Assembly: GCA_000002445.1 (NCBI GenBank)
Contig: CP000067.1
Span: forward strand, 416,001-480,000
Length of the DNA: 64,000 nucleotides
Source: Trypanosoma brucei
Taxonomy: Eukaryota
Direction of reading: 5' to 3'
The notes under the pieces are model-generated. The model was not told where the DNA came from and searched no databases. It saw only the letters and a list, made by a program, of their open reading frames with translations. Made by a program: the position numbers and the translations under genes. Shown here one piece after another: positions 11,558-22,497 of this stretch (its first letter is position 1; each line of letters opens with the position of its first letter).

Positions 11558-12388
11558 AGTGCGTTGACAATTAAGTACCTTACGATTTGGGGTATGTATT
11601 TTTATGCACCTACGCTTATGCGACCTCCACAGGGGTGTAATATGCGGCGCGTGATTACCACTGCCACCACTTCCTCCTCCTCGTCGGTATGTACGTGGGA
11701 GTGATTCTTGTGTGTGGGCGGGCACCCACGCAAAGCCGTCAAGACAAGCTTCTATATATACATATATTTATACGAGTTTAAAAAAGAACCGAAAAATATC
11801 GCGGAAGAAGTGTTATCACCGTGCCAAAACGAATGGACATGGGGGAAGAGATGAAGCAAGTATTGAGATATTGCAGCGCTGAAGCAGAATAACCAATAGA
11901 AACGGAAGGAACAACGCAAACAACCCCCAAAAGACAACAAACAAGACAAGCCTGTACGACGTCTTGTGTCTCGCGAGCAGCCCATTAACTGCTAAGGAAT
12001 AATAATAATAATAATAATAATAAAACAGCCCTCACCCCAAGTAGTTGCTTAAAGACCACTGTGGTAAACTTCCACTCATCCTAAAACTTTACAATGTCAA
12101 CGAAAGGAAACAAACAACTGAAATAGTACACGTTAAATGTCTAAAAAAACAATAACCAAAGACGATAAAAGTTCCCTATTAGTTACCCCTTACTCTACCT
12201 TCACCTGTTTTAGGTTAAACTGCTTCCCCTTCCTTACACATCTTTGACTTCCCCCTTCTCTCGGCTTCATCACACACTTAAGCACACACACACAAAAAAA
12301 AAAAAGAAAGAAACACAACAGTAACTCTCTCCCTGCGTCATTTATTATAAGTGGGTCGAATGAAGGAAAGAGGGAAGGGAGAATTACA

Positions 12389-12850
12389 CTATTCCCATAT
12401 AAACCACCCAACAACGGGGTATCTGGACTCGAACTTCTTTACCCAACCTTCCAACTGCTGCAGCTCCTCCTCAGTGCTACCCGGGCGCCAGTCTTTGTTG
12501 ATTTCATCGCCTGTTAAATCACTTTTTGCGAGGCAGCGGCTAATTTCACGCCCCGCATAAATGTGATACGGCTGCCCCGGACCATAAAACTGTGGGGCGA
12601 CTTCGTATACCACACCCTTAACGCTCACATAAACATCACTCTTGCGTACACCATCATACTCCTGAAGCTCATCGGCGGTGAAACTACGCTGCACTATGGG
12701 CTTTACTGGCCTTATTCCCTGACCCCGATGGCAGTGTATCTTGTGCAATTTATATAATCGCTGAATAATGGCGCGGGAAATAACACTAACCGCCGCTGCG
12801 ACTGCGAGAACCTTCCCAACCTTAACTAGTTTACCAACTGCCTTATCCAT
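12389..12850 (-). CDS. Cytochrome b5-like heme/steroid-binding domain protein (MAPR/PGRMC-like), N-terminal TM anchor
   Basis: Motifs "FTADELQEYDG", "VYVSVKGVVYEVA" and "YGPGQPYHIYAGREISRCLA" are typical of MAPR cyt-b5 domains. A TM anchor "KVLAVAAAVSVISRAII" follows the predicted Met (ATG at 12850). The longer ORF-track start (13054) lacks support. Confidence 0.7.
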   Translation of the reverse strand: MDKAVGKLVKVGKVLAVAAAVSVISRAIIQRLYKLHKIHCHRGQGIRPVKPIVQRSFTADELQEYDGVRKSDVYVSVKGVVYEVAPQFYGPGQPYHIYAGREISRCLAKSDLTGDEINKDWRPGSTEEELQQLEGWVKKFESRYPVVGWFIWE

Positions 12851-13324
12851 TCCTTTTTTGGAACTCAGTGGCGTTGTTGAGAGTGTCGTTCTAACGAGTC
12901 CCCAAAAGAGTTGATGTGGATGACAGGAAAGGAAGTCGAGGTTTCTTTTTTGTAGAAAAAAAATAGAAATGATTGCACGTGAGTTGATGCCGATATTGAC
13001 AGACACATACCGACGCAGAAAATTGCATCTTTTCCACCACAGCGATACGTGCACACATACGCATTAGCATGTCTGTGAATGGGGAAGTACGAAAGAGTTG
13101 CGGCAATGAATGCCTACTTTCCCTCTCTCCTCTAAACATTTCTGTACATTGCACCACATCATATAAACCACCTCCCTCCACCTCCTTCTTTGTTTAATTT
13201 AGAAAACAAAAAAAAACACTCTCTCCTTCCCCAATATTCCCAAGTCATCACACATTTGAAGCGACGACACCATTCCTTTGGTTGACCGCGTCTCTAAGGA
13301 GGTCGCTGAGGGGGACACGCGCAG

Positions 13325-13365
<41 letters not shown>

Positions 13366-13366
13366 A
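13325..13366. repeat. (CA)n microsatellite
   Basis: cacacaca... run; a second short (CA)n at 13469-13485. Confidence 0.9.
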
Positions 13367-13632
13367 AAACTTTTCCCCATCCTTCTTCATTTGTCGCATC
13401 CTCTTTTTCTTTTTCTTTCTCTCCCTCTCCTCCTGGATAGTTTTCATCTTCCACAGTTCCCTGCTTTCCACACACACACACACAGCATGGGAATCCGGTG
13501 AATGGGTGAATGGATTCTGGAAAAAAAAAAGAAGAAAAGAGCGTAGAGGACGTCACCACTTGCAGGTGGATCGGGTAAAGACACAAGGGCATCTGTCCAC
13601 GGCTCCAGCCAACCACACAAAATATATACAAC

Positions 13633-15042
13633 TCAGTAAACTGGTTGCCAGTTCGGGTTTTCTACCTCTTCCACAGTGAAGGGGATTGTTCCCGTTTCGT
13701 TGTTCAAAAACCTCGCATGTGCACCTTTCTGAACCCGAATTTTGGACAAAAAGGTGTTCTGATACACACGGATACCTTCTCCTTTGACACAATCTAACGC
13801 GTAATACTCACATTCATCCACCTTGTTGCCCGCCAACTCTACACCATTCACACTGTCCAGAACTATACCCGCGGCGTAGATTCCATAAAATTTACAGTTC
13901 TTTATGCTCATGGCCGGTTGTCCAGCACAAGACCCCGGAAAGGTGCCACGCATTATAACACCCGTCCCAAGTGCAGAGAATTCACAGTCCTTCACAGTAA
14001 TCTTGCAGGCATCGGTGTGCAGGCCCACACACGTAGGCCTGGATTCACATGCGTTGGCGACCGGAAGGGTGCAACCATCACGCGAACTCGAAGCTCCTTT
14101 GAAATAACATTCCGTGAGAATGATATTAGACATTGGCCAACCATAAACGGAGCCTTTTTGTGGTTGGTCGAAGGTGCACCTTTCGCACTCCACCTTGCAA
14201 TATTGTGCCACGAGGAGTTGTGTAGTATCTTTGCTACGTGAGGTGAAGCAGCAATTCCGAAATTTTACGTGAGCATGGGCAACTATTACCTGCCCGTTGA
14301 ACGTCATATTCGCGAACTGCACGTTGGGCCACCGCTCAGGATGCGCAAACTGCATTCGATATTCTTCTTCTTCCCGCGCCGCCGCGACTGCCGCATTGAC
14401 CTTTTCCTCATATATGCGTGCTTCCTCTGCCAGTCGCTTCTGCTCCTCCTCCTTGCGCTTGCTATTCTTTCGTGCATCGGACTTTTTCTTTTTTGGTACC
14501 ACTGGCGGCTCGGGCAGGTCGGGAGTTATGACGATCCGCGGGACAATACCTTCAATATGTACCGTCCCTTGAATGACGACCTCAGCGGCGGCCTCACTGG
14601 ACCCCACCTTCTGAACTGCCGCAGCAGATGGCAGCGTATCATCAGGGACGACGGAATCACCCTCTTCTTCTTTCTTTTCCCTTGTGCTCAGGGGGTCGAA
14701 AGATTCCTCACCTTCCACTGGAATGGCCTTCGGTTTCGGTTCCACAGCAGAGCGCGGGATGCTTTCAACACGCAAGTTATCAGCAACCTCAACGGCGTAG
14801 TGGGTGTTGACATCTCCAAGTGTAGCAGGTGGAATTAGAACGACCGTCCTGGGTAGCACTGACACCTCTCCATTGCTTTTCGTGTGTGCTTCCACCACTG
14901 AATGCGATATATCACTCAGGGAGTCTATCTCCTTGTTGACGAACCACTCGCCTATGTAATAATTGCAGGTACCGCTCGGTAGCGTCTGGGGGTCCGGCAG
15001 AACCTCTTTCCTCTTTCTAGAGCCCGCTCGCTTGGGAGGCAT
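13633..15042 (-). CDS. Hypothetical protein with C-terminal right-handed parallel beta-helix (pectin-lyase-like) repeats
   Basis: The start is "MPPKRAGSRKRKE" (ATG at 15042); the upstream ORF-track extension is a polypyrimidine tract. A K/E-rich central segment follows. The C-terminal ~250 aa has repeated Cys/Gly/hydrophobic beta-helix-like units ("NCCFTSRS", "KVECERCTF", "ITVKDCEFSALGTGVIMRG", "IKNCKFYGIYAAGIVLDSVNGVELAGNKVDEC"). Confidence 0.55.
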   Translation of the reverse strand: MPPKRAGSRKRKEVLPDPQTLPSGTCNYYIGEWFVNKEIDSLSDISHSVVEAHTKSNGEVSVLPRTVVLIPPATLGDVNTHYAVEVADNLRVESIPRSAVEPKPKAIPVEGEESFDPLSTREKKEEEGDSVVPDDTLPSAAAVQKVGSSEAAAEVVIQGTVHIEGIVPRIVITPDLPEPPVVPKKKKSDARKNSKRKEEEQKRLAEEARIYEEKVNAAVAAAREEEEYRMQFAHPERWPNVQFANMTFNGQVIVAHAHVKFRNCCFTSRSKDTTQLLVAQYCKVECERCTFDQPQKGSVYGWPMSNIILTECYFKGASSSRDGCTLPVANACESRPTCVGLHTDACKITVKDCEFSALGTGVIMRGTFPGSCAGQPAMSIKNCKFYGIYAAGIVLDSVNGVELAGNKVDECEYYALDCVKGEGIRVYQNTFLSKIRVQKGAHARFLNNETGTIPFTVEEVENPNWQPVY

Positions 15043-15769
15043 TAGACAAAAAAAAAAAAGAACTTCCGTAGCCCCTTTTTTGTTTGTTTGTTTGTCACCG
15101 GACCGCACGAAAAAAAAAAAAGTGGAAAGGAAGATGAACAATATCGGCGAAAGGCAAAATGAACGAGGGACAAATAACCAGCCCCAAATTAAGGTGGTAA
15201 GGCGAGAAAGACGGGTCGATAGCGCCGCTATAGGAGCGAGGCGCAGGTCGTCCACACAGATTCAATCATCCAAACACAGAAAGACAAAGTGTAAAAAGAA
15301 GTTTAAGCACCTGCAAAGAAAATTTAAAGCACGCTGAAGCAAAATGGAGAGGCGCGGGCGACCAAACCACACAAATACAGAGACTCCCACCCAGGTATAA
15401 TCGGCGGAAGAAAATAAAAGGGGTTAAAGGGAACTGGACGAAAATAGTGGACCTACTTCACTTTCCTTTTCTGGAAAACTGACGACAACTCTCACCGCTC
15501 CACACCTCACCGTTCCAACAAAGGGGAACAGTTTGTTATGTAATGCATCATGGGTGTTTATCAGTATGTACACACATAATCCCCATTAGTACAACCTTCC
15601 AACTGGCTTACATATACGTTAGTTTATAAATATAGGTGTAGGTGTGCATTTCCCCCTCCCTAACGCTACTACGTTAGTTTAGGCTGACACCCTTCTTTTC
15701 ATTCGCCATAGCTCTTCATTACCCCCTCCTTCTTTCTTCAACGCGCCTACAGGACAATTGGCCGATCAA

Positions 15770-16711
15770 TTAATGCTTTGGCACGTGTCCCCCACACACC
15801 CAAAGAGGTGGCCGGCGCTTTTCACCACTGATGAGGGGAAGTTGCGTTGCGAAACAACATGTTAGCTCCTTTCCAACAAACTTTGTGTGATCTGTAACTC
15901 GTGTGTCTATGACCTCCTGGGCGCACTTTACGGTCAACCAAGAGCATTGACAGCAATATGCAGCGGAATCGGGGCATGTTTTCAAAACAGTATTTTGCTC
16001 TCCTCTACGCATTTGCCCAACGGGAAGTGAACTAGCCAGACGACTCCAATCGGGATAAAAATTCCTAACTGTTAGGTACAAATCCATTTTACCCTCTTCG
16101 TCGTCCCACTCCGCATCTTGGAGGCGAATAACAGTGTAGTTGCACTTACGGCAAAGAATAAATGGACAGCCGCCCTTTCGACCGTCCTCATCTGCCGTCT
16201 TGTCTGTGCAGCCATTTCCAGCGTCCGCTTTAAGTGCGTGAAAGGCACCCTTGCGAAGCAGCAGTTGCTCATTTGAGGAACATTTGTCATATTTCCCCTC
16301 TCCTGTCAGAAGCAGCTGCGCAACAGAGGGGTGACGGAGCTCCCCTGAGCCGACATTTGTTACAAAGCATTTGCTGTTACATGCCATGCTCATGTTGCCT
16401 GGGGTGGGAGGAAAAGGAACGGTATGGCGACCTCCCATGACAGTTTCCTCCACACTCTCGTCGCTGTCGTCAAAATCTTCTCCTCTTCCGTCCCCAACGT
16501 TTGCTGTTGTTGAGGCTGCTGCTTCTAAGCTAACCGAAGTTCCCCGGTTTCTTGTTGTTGTTTCGGCCTCGCTGTTCGCTTCGTCGGTGTCATCCCAGTT
16601 TGATTGAGAGGCAGGGGGTTCGCATGCAGCTCCACCCTTCCCCTCAGGTGGTGCACGCCCACCCTCCTTCTTAGGGAACAGTTCTTCAATTAAATCATCC
16701 ACGTCCGACAT
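15770..16711 (-). CDS. CFAP418/C8orf37-like ciliary protein (C-terminal RMP domain)
   Basis: The C-terminus "CPFILCRKCNYTVIRL...YCCQCSWLTV...WVCGGH" resembles, as far as I recall, the conserved C-terminal domain of C8orf37/CFAP418 ("CQCSW...WVCGKH"). The N-terminus is acidic and low-complexity. Start at "MSDVDDL" (ATG at 16711). Confidence 0.5.
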   Translation of the reverse strand: MSDVDDLIEELFPKKEGGRAPPEGKGGAACEPPASQSNWDDTDEANSEAETTTRNRGTSVSLEAAASTTANVGDGRGEDFDDSDESVEETVMGGRHTVPFPPTPGNMSMACNSKCFVTNVGSGELRHPSVAQLLLTGEGKYDKCSSNEQLLLRKGAFHALKADAGNGCTDKTADEDGRKGGCPFILCRKCNYTVIRLQDAEWDDEEGKMDLYLTVRNFYPDWSRLASSLPVGQMRRGEQNTVLKTCPDSAAYCCQCSWLTVKCAQEVIDTRVTDHTKFVGKELTCCFATQLPLISGEKRRPPLWVCGGHVPKH

Positions 16712-18136
16712 GAAGAAGGCGTGCGCTGTTGGGGATTGGCGACAAGGCAAATGGATGTGCGTACCCTTTAGAAATCAATAGTTAAATATATAGCTCTATA
16801 TATTTCTATATATTTAAGTATATGTCAGATGTGTAGATGTACAACGTTTGCTTGTGGGATAGGATGAACAAATAATTTCCCTTCCCGCCAACGCGTGATC
16901 GGCAAATTATTTTCTCCTCTGCACTTTCCTGCTGGTGAGACTGCTCGACTGAATGAAAGCCTCGCTACCCTTATATATACAGGTTTCTCCTCCCGGTGTT
17001 GCTAGAGTCACTCTTCCTTTACTTTACTTAAATCTATTTCCACTCCCGCTAAGAAAGAAGGGGTCGCGAATAGAAAAAGGCTGAAAATGATTGCTCTTCC
17101 TTTTCCCTATCAAGGACAGATGTACACATACTACACACCACATGTTATGCAAACACAGACATATGTATATGCTTGTACCCCCTTTTGTGATGGAAACGTG
17201 ATCGTTTTCCCCGTTTGTGGCTCACCTTACAATTCACCCGTGGGACCGACAGTCACCACCACCACCCCTCCCTCTGATTTAATACTTCATTCCCTCTCCC
17301 ATTCCCCACCTCATCTCCACCTCTACATACTGTGTTAGACAAGACCGGGATGAAACGCACCACCCATCCTAAAAGCCTAATGGAAGCAAATGACGACCCA
17401 AAGAAACAAGAAAAGGAAGAAAAAAAACAAAAAACAAAGGAACGGAAGAGGAAGAGGAAAGAACGGTACAACCTCTCTTCCTCTCCATCCCAAGTATTAT
17501 ACTGAGGGCAGCGCCACTAACAACCACTTCAACTAGCGTAAAATTAACGTGGGTCTGCAAGAGTGTAAACACCACATGACAACGGGAGAGTACGCACGTG
17601 GAAAGACCAGTGATAGAATGCCTGTCACCCCCTCTTCTCCCTCCCTCCCTCCCTGAGGCACACACACACACACATGCACGCTCTGTGAGCTGAATTGAAG
17701 CTCGTTGCACCACCTTTTCCCTTCACACGTCAATTCCTCAATAACTGTTGTTTGCCAGCGCAATCCGTGCGGTGTTGCGCATTGATTCGACAAAATAAAA
17801 GGGAAAGCGAGTATATGAAAGGGAGTGGAAAGGGAGAAGGTAAAATTATAAGCACGAATGAAAAATGGAAAAGAAATCGATAAGCAAAGCGGCGGTGCGA
17901 AATGAAGGCCACTCGAGTCTAGCGGTTCGGGAACAAAAGAAAGTGGAAAGATCAAACAAAGGGAGATAACCTAAGTGTGCAGTAGCGATATTCACCTAAA
18001 TATGCAACCTTCAACGTGCATCCCATGCGATGGGCGGCATGCTTTCGCCGCTCCCCCCCTCCTCTTGCCTGGTTATACCCTTAGCCTCTTCAAACCCTGT
18101 CAATGTGGCACACCCATATGGACAAGCCATGCGCTT

Positions 18137-20215
18137 TCACATGCAATGGCATGTACAGGTAGACCCCTCTTTTCTTCTTCGTTTTCCTACTGATCCTTCC
18201 GCTCTGACCAACTTGTTGTCATTCTGCACAGTCGGCGAGCGGGAAGGAATGCTCTTTGTTTCTAACGTTGCCCCCTGTTTAGCCTCCCGTTGAAAAGGAG
18301 GCGGTGGCTCAGGTGATGCGGAATGCCCCCGTGTATTTTGTATGCCCCCTATCGCCACATGGGCCACAGCCTGGTCGGGGGGCCCTCGACGTCTATTCCG
18401 TGGTGAACTTTCCACTTCACATGGTGAGAAGGTGGAACCTACATCCAAATCTTCGGAAACTTCTAATGTCGCATGCCTTTCCTTACACCTGTCCCTGTTG
18501 GCAGCACCTCCCCTTCTCTTCTTTTTTCGCCGACGGTTATTGCCGCCATTCTTTGCAAGGGGTGCCGGAGGTAGAGGTGGAGGAGGAGGAGGAGGAGGAT
18601 TCGTAGGTGACACTGACAGGGCCGTTGCATCATTCATACCACCGTCACACCTGGTTATGTCAAGTGAGACATGAATGTCGCTCATTCTAATGTTACTCCG
18701 CAACTCCTCCTGTCTTGTCGATCCAGGTATATATTTATCCTCATTTTCACCAATGTGCGGCGAGGGGGGCATGAGGCGGCCTGCAGATGTGGGTCGCTTA
18801 ACAGCAGCGTTTGCGGCGTTTGGTGGGGGCATGAACCGACGTGAAGGCGGTGGCGGTGGCAATAATCTGCCCTTTGGAGACGATTCTTTGCTCGTAAATT
18901 TCTCTATGAAACACCCACTATCCACATCATTGACACAGCTTGTGGTCTCACTATTGAGCGACCCTGTTGAACTGAGGGGGACGTCATCGGGTGGTGTATC
19001 CTCTTCTTCTGGTTCCCAGTCGAGGCGTTGGTTTCGAGGGTAGCCACCACGTTCCATAGCCCGCTCCATTAGGGAGAATAACATATCATACTTTGGTTCG
19101 TCCTCGTATTTGAGCGTCTGAAGGTGTTCCAGGAATGGCCCGAACTCCTGTGGTAGGTTTTTGATCAGTTCCGGTCCAATAACTTGTTCTTTGCATTGTC
19201 CAATATCCTCCTTTTCCTTGTGCTTACGCCACGGAAGAGTTCCCGTGATGAATTCGATGAGCATAAACAATAAACTCCATATGTCGTCGACGCGGCCTAG
19301 TTCCTGCTGTCGGTGCGACGCCAGGGAGGCATACCTACTTGTCCCACGGAATCCAGCGTTGGCTCGCGGTGGTCTCACCTCGCCAGTAGGGCGGCGGAAG
19401 CGGCGCGCTAACCCAAAGTCGACAATATAACACTGCCGAGGGTCGGAAGAGCCACCTAAACCGATAACAAAGTTAGAGGGCTTGACGTCCCGATGGACGA
19501 TACCCAACTCGTGTACACCCTGTATGCACTTCAAACACGATATTCCAAGATGGAGTGTGGTGTGGATACTGAACATGCATTGCGGAGTGCTACGGCGGAG
19601 ATCCGCAAGATTTGGCCCTAACCGCTGCATAACTATGAAGTTCATTCCCGCAGAGTTTCCGCTGCCTAGGTAGCGCGCGACATAGGGACAGGGTTGCATC
19701 TTCTTCAGTGCTGCTGCCTCCACTCGCAAAACATTTTTGTTTTCCTGTTCCACTTTGATGCAAACTTCCTCGCCTGAAGTCGTAGGGAGGTCTGTGAGTC
19801 CATGGGAGGATGCCCCATGCGCCAGATCCAGATCCTCGCTACGAGCACTGCTCCTGTCAACTTCTACGGCAGTAAACGTTTCGCCAAATGAACCCGCGCC
19901 AATCCTGCCAGTAACGACCCATTTCTTTAGTCGCATCCCTATTGTGACCCTCGTCTTGGCAGCTTTAGGAGCCGGTTTACGCGGTGGGCTATGTGCACTG
20001 ACTTTTGCAGATTTATTGCTGCCGCCATCTTTTCCCGCATCATCACCGTTCTTACCCGAGCAACGCGCGCTGTTCCCCCTTTCGTCACCAGCCATGCTAC
20101 TCGGAGGCACCGAATTCGTCATCAGACGATTGAGAGACCGGTTTCCCTGTGCGTTCATCAATCCAGCCGCTACGTATCGTTTATTGTCAACTAAACCGAG
20201 TAGCGTTCTGTTCAT
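18137..20215 (-). CDS. Tau-tubulin kinase (TTBK)-like CK1-group Ser/Thr protein kinase with Pro-rich C-terminal tail
   Basis: Gly-loop "GRIGAGSFGETF", "HRDVKPSNFVIG" and "DFGLARRF...GEVRPPR..AGFRGTSRYAS". "GRVDDIWSLLFMLIEFITGTLPWRK" matches the TTBK pattern ("LADLRRS", "VRPPR", "LPWRK"). The tail carries "PPPPPPPPLPPAP". The start is moved to "MNRTLLG" (ATG at 20215) because the ORF-track N-terminus translates a polypyrimidine tract. Confidence 0.8.
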   Translation of the reverse strand: MNRTLLGLVDNKRYVAAGLMNAQGNRSLNRLMTNSVPPSSMAGDERGNSARCSGKNGDDAGKDGGSNKSAKVSAHSPPRKPAPKAAKTRVTIGMRLKKWVVTGRIGAGSFGETFTAVEVDRSSARSEDLDLAHGASSHGLTDLPTTSGEEVCIKVEQENKNVLRVEAAALKKMQPCPYVARYLGSGNSAGMNFIVMQRLGPNLADLRRSTPQCMFSIHTTLHLGISCLKCIQGVHELGIVHRDVKPSNFVIGLGGSSDPRQCYIVDFGLARRFRRPTGEVRPPRANAGFRGTSRYASLASHRQQELGRVDDIWSLLFMLIEFITGTLPWRKHKEKEDIGQCKEQVIGPELIKNLPQEFGPFLEHLQTLKYEDEPKYDMLFSLMERAMERGGYPRNQRLDWEPEEEDTPPDDVPLSSTGSLNSETTSCVNDVDSGCFIEKFTSKESSPKGRLLPPPPPSRRFMPPPNAANAAVKRPTSAGRLMPPSPHIGENEDKYIPGSTRQEELRSNIRMSDIHVSLDITRCDGGMNDATALSVSPTNPPPPPPPPLPPAPLAKNGGNNRRRKKKRRGGAANRDRCKERHATLEVSEDLDVGSTFSPCEVESSPRNRRRGPPDQAVAHVAIGGIQNTRGHSASPEPPPPFQREAKQGATLETKSIPSRSPTVQNDNKLVRAEGSVGKRRRKEGSTCTCHCM

Positions 20216-20986
20216 GGCCTTATCAGGGCCTTCGGTGCCGAAAAACTTCAAGAATATGTATACGTGTAGGTTCAAAGTGGTGTTTGATTTGGTTATTCGT
20301 ATTAGTTGGGTGGGGTTGAGAAAAAAGAAAAGAATAAAATAAAAGAGACGGTAGAGGTGCAGAACAAAAAAAAAACGCAAATACCTCACGAAAGGTGGAA
20401 AGTGAACAACGAGTAATACGTCTCAGTGTGAGACCGATTGTGGGGAGAAGAGGATGTGCTTACATGGAAACAAATGTGTATGTATACCTGTATTATGCAC
20501 TCGGACACACGCCAACAAATGTGATGACGGATCCCGCCTGAGGCATCACTTTGCACTTACTAACGTTCCAGTAAACTGCGCGAGTGTATGTAGTGTCACG
20601 ATGAGGGGGATAGCAATATGCACATACACCCACATCCGAATGTACCTCGTGCTTTACCAAAACGTTTCACACTTTAGACAGTGTGTGCACCTCTCTCTCT
20701 TGTTGCCACATTAGACACAAAAGAGTGGAGGAGGGGGGAAGGGATATTCAAAAAGAACAGCAGCACAAGCATAACGGCACTACTGCCATGCATGGTAAAA
20801 ATGAGGGAAAACCACCTTTTTTAGCGGCCTTCTGCTGCTGTCACACTCAATGTGGCAAAAAAAAAAAATAATATATACCTTCAAATTTCCATTCAAAATG
20901 CTACTCTTTATTCCTTTCTATCCCCACCCCCTTCTATCCTCTATTTACCGGTGGACTCCAGGTCGGCACCTTCAGATCTCTCCCTT

Positions 20987-21730
20987 TCATCGCGGACGGG
21001 GCTTGGCGAGGCTGTTGGAAAGACTCTTCGGCTTATGCGAGAATGCGCTGCGCTGCGTTTCACTACGTGCTGCTGACACAGCCTCTGCACGCTTGAGCAG
21101 CCGGGTATCACGCGGGACTATAGGCACAGGAGACTCTCCCACAATACAGTCTGCGTAATCCTGAACAAACTCGCGCAGGCCACCGGTCATCACCGCTAGG
21201 TTGTCAATACCCTTTTCAAAAACGTTTTGTCCAATACCCTGGGCAATCGTCATCTCTTCTTCCAAGTCGTACAACACGATTAGCTTGTTTTCCTTATTCT
21301 TAAAGTTGAACATCTCGGGAAGAAGAGGATTAATGGCGTGTACCATTCGCCGCTTCGGATAGTGCAGTGCCCCTTTGATATGACAAGCCGCGTACTCTTC
21401 CTCCGAACGGACGTCTAGAATGAGATATTCCTTCGGCAGTTGTGTGTCGGGAGCCCGGTACTCATCCATCGGGTGGGCAAAACCGCCGTCTTTAATTTCC
21501 CCCGACTGGGATTGCTGCTTTTGAACAAAGTCCCCTATCAGTCGTGTCCGAATCCGCATGAAAGGTTCGCCTGATACCCGATACAAGGCGGCGCCTGTGT
21601 TCTTCATGAAGCGTGCCAGCTCAGCCGTCATACCGGTCTCCACAACGGGCTTCACGTGCTCATATTTTGGGTTCGCAGGGGTCTTCCTAAGAAGCAAATC
21701 CGGGTCACCAATGACGTCTCGCATAGCCAT
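20987..21730 (-). CDS. Rhodanese-like domain protein
   Basis: Rhodanese signature "YLILDVRSEEEYAACHIKGALHYP" and "LIVLYD". 247 aa. Confidence 0.65.
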   Translation of the reverse strand: MAMRDVIGDPDLLLRKTPANPKYEHVKPVVETGMTAELARFMKNTGAALYRVSGEPFMRIRTRLIGDFVQKQQSQSGEIKDGGFAHPMDEYRAPDTQLPKEYLILDVRSEEEYAACHIKGALHYPKRRMVHAINPLLPEMFNFKNKENKLIVLYDLEEEMTIAQGIGQNVFEKGIDNLAVMTGGLREFVQDYADCIVGESPVPIVPRDTRLLKRAEAVSAARSETQRSAFSHKPKSLSNSLAKPRPR

Positions 21731-22497
21731 CTAAGCTGATATAAACAGCGTCGATAGAAATGAAAGAAAACTTTGCAAAACGATAGTGAAATTGGCAGCA
21801 AAATTTGTTAATCAACCACAACAACAGTGAAGGATACCAATTGTGGCATTCCGTTTGCCCCTGGGTGACCGAGTGTAGGTACGGAAGAAAACAACTAACG
21901 TGAATTTTACGCGGAAGATGCGGGGTTTACCACAATCTACATGCACAGCAAAGGGCACTTCCGACTTTTTCTCCGGTCTCCCCTCCTCCACACAACTCGT
22001 TCACCCACGACATTTACCCTGTCACACGAAAAACCTGTCTACAAATTCCAGCTATGCAGGGCACTTCAACATTTGGTTTTGCTAACATAAGTCCCATGAA
22101 CGGCTATATCCGCCTCGTTTTCTCCGCGTGGCCACTACATCGCTTACTTTTTTGCTACACCGTGTGAGCTCGGAGTTGCAACTTCGCCTCTTGCCGTTAC
22201 TCAATTATTGTCAACCTCAACACCGCAAGAGAAAGAGAATGCACACAAGTGAGGAAGAGAGAACAGTGACATGTCATGTGTATAGATGAAGGGGCCAGCA
22301 CAGTTCCGGTAGACAAAGTGTGAAAAAACTTGAACCTGCAGTTCAAGCACAATCAAAAGGTGTACACTTACATGACTAGACGGAACCCAGCAAACCAAGA
22401 GGCAACGACTTTCGAGTTTTCCTCCACTCACTTGTCACCGAAAGTCAGGCAGGGGTGGAAAAAAAAACTAAAAGTCGATGAACCCCTTTGTTGCTAT

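Noticed and set aside
12891-13181. 96-aa and 63-aa minus-strand ORFs immediately upstream of the cyt-b5-like gene, read as a possible N-terminal extension
   Set aside because: They are in different frames or upstream of the TM-anchor Met. The MAPR family begins with a TM anchor directly after the initiator Met. The upstream region is pyrimidine-rich, which fits a splice-acceptor context.
17533-17955. 140-aa minus-strand ORF between the CFAP418-like and TTBK-like genes
   Set aside because: Composition is skewed (Phe/Pro/Ser/Leu-rich, derived from a CT-rich tract) with no motifs. It is more likely the UTR or polypyrimidine region of the kinase mRNA.
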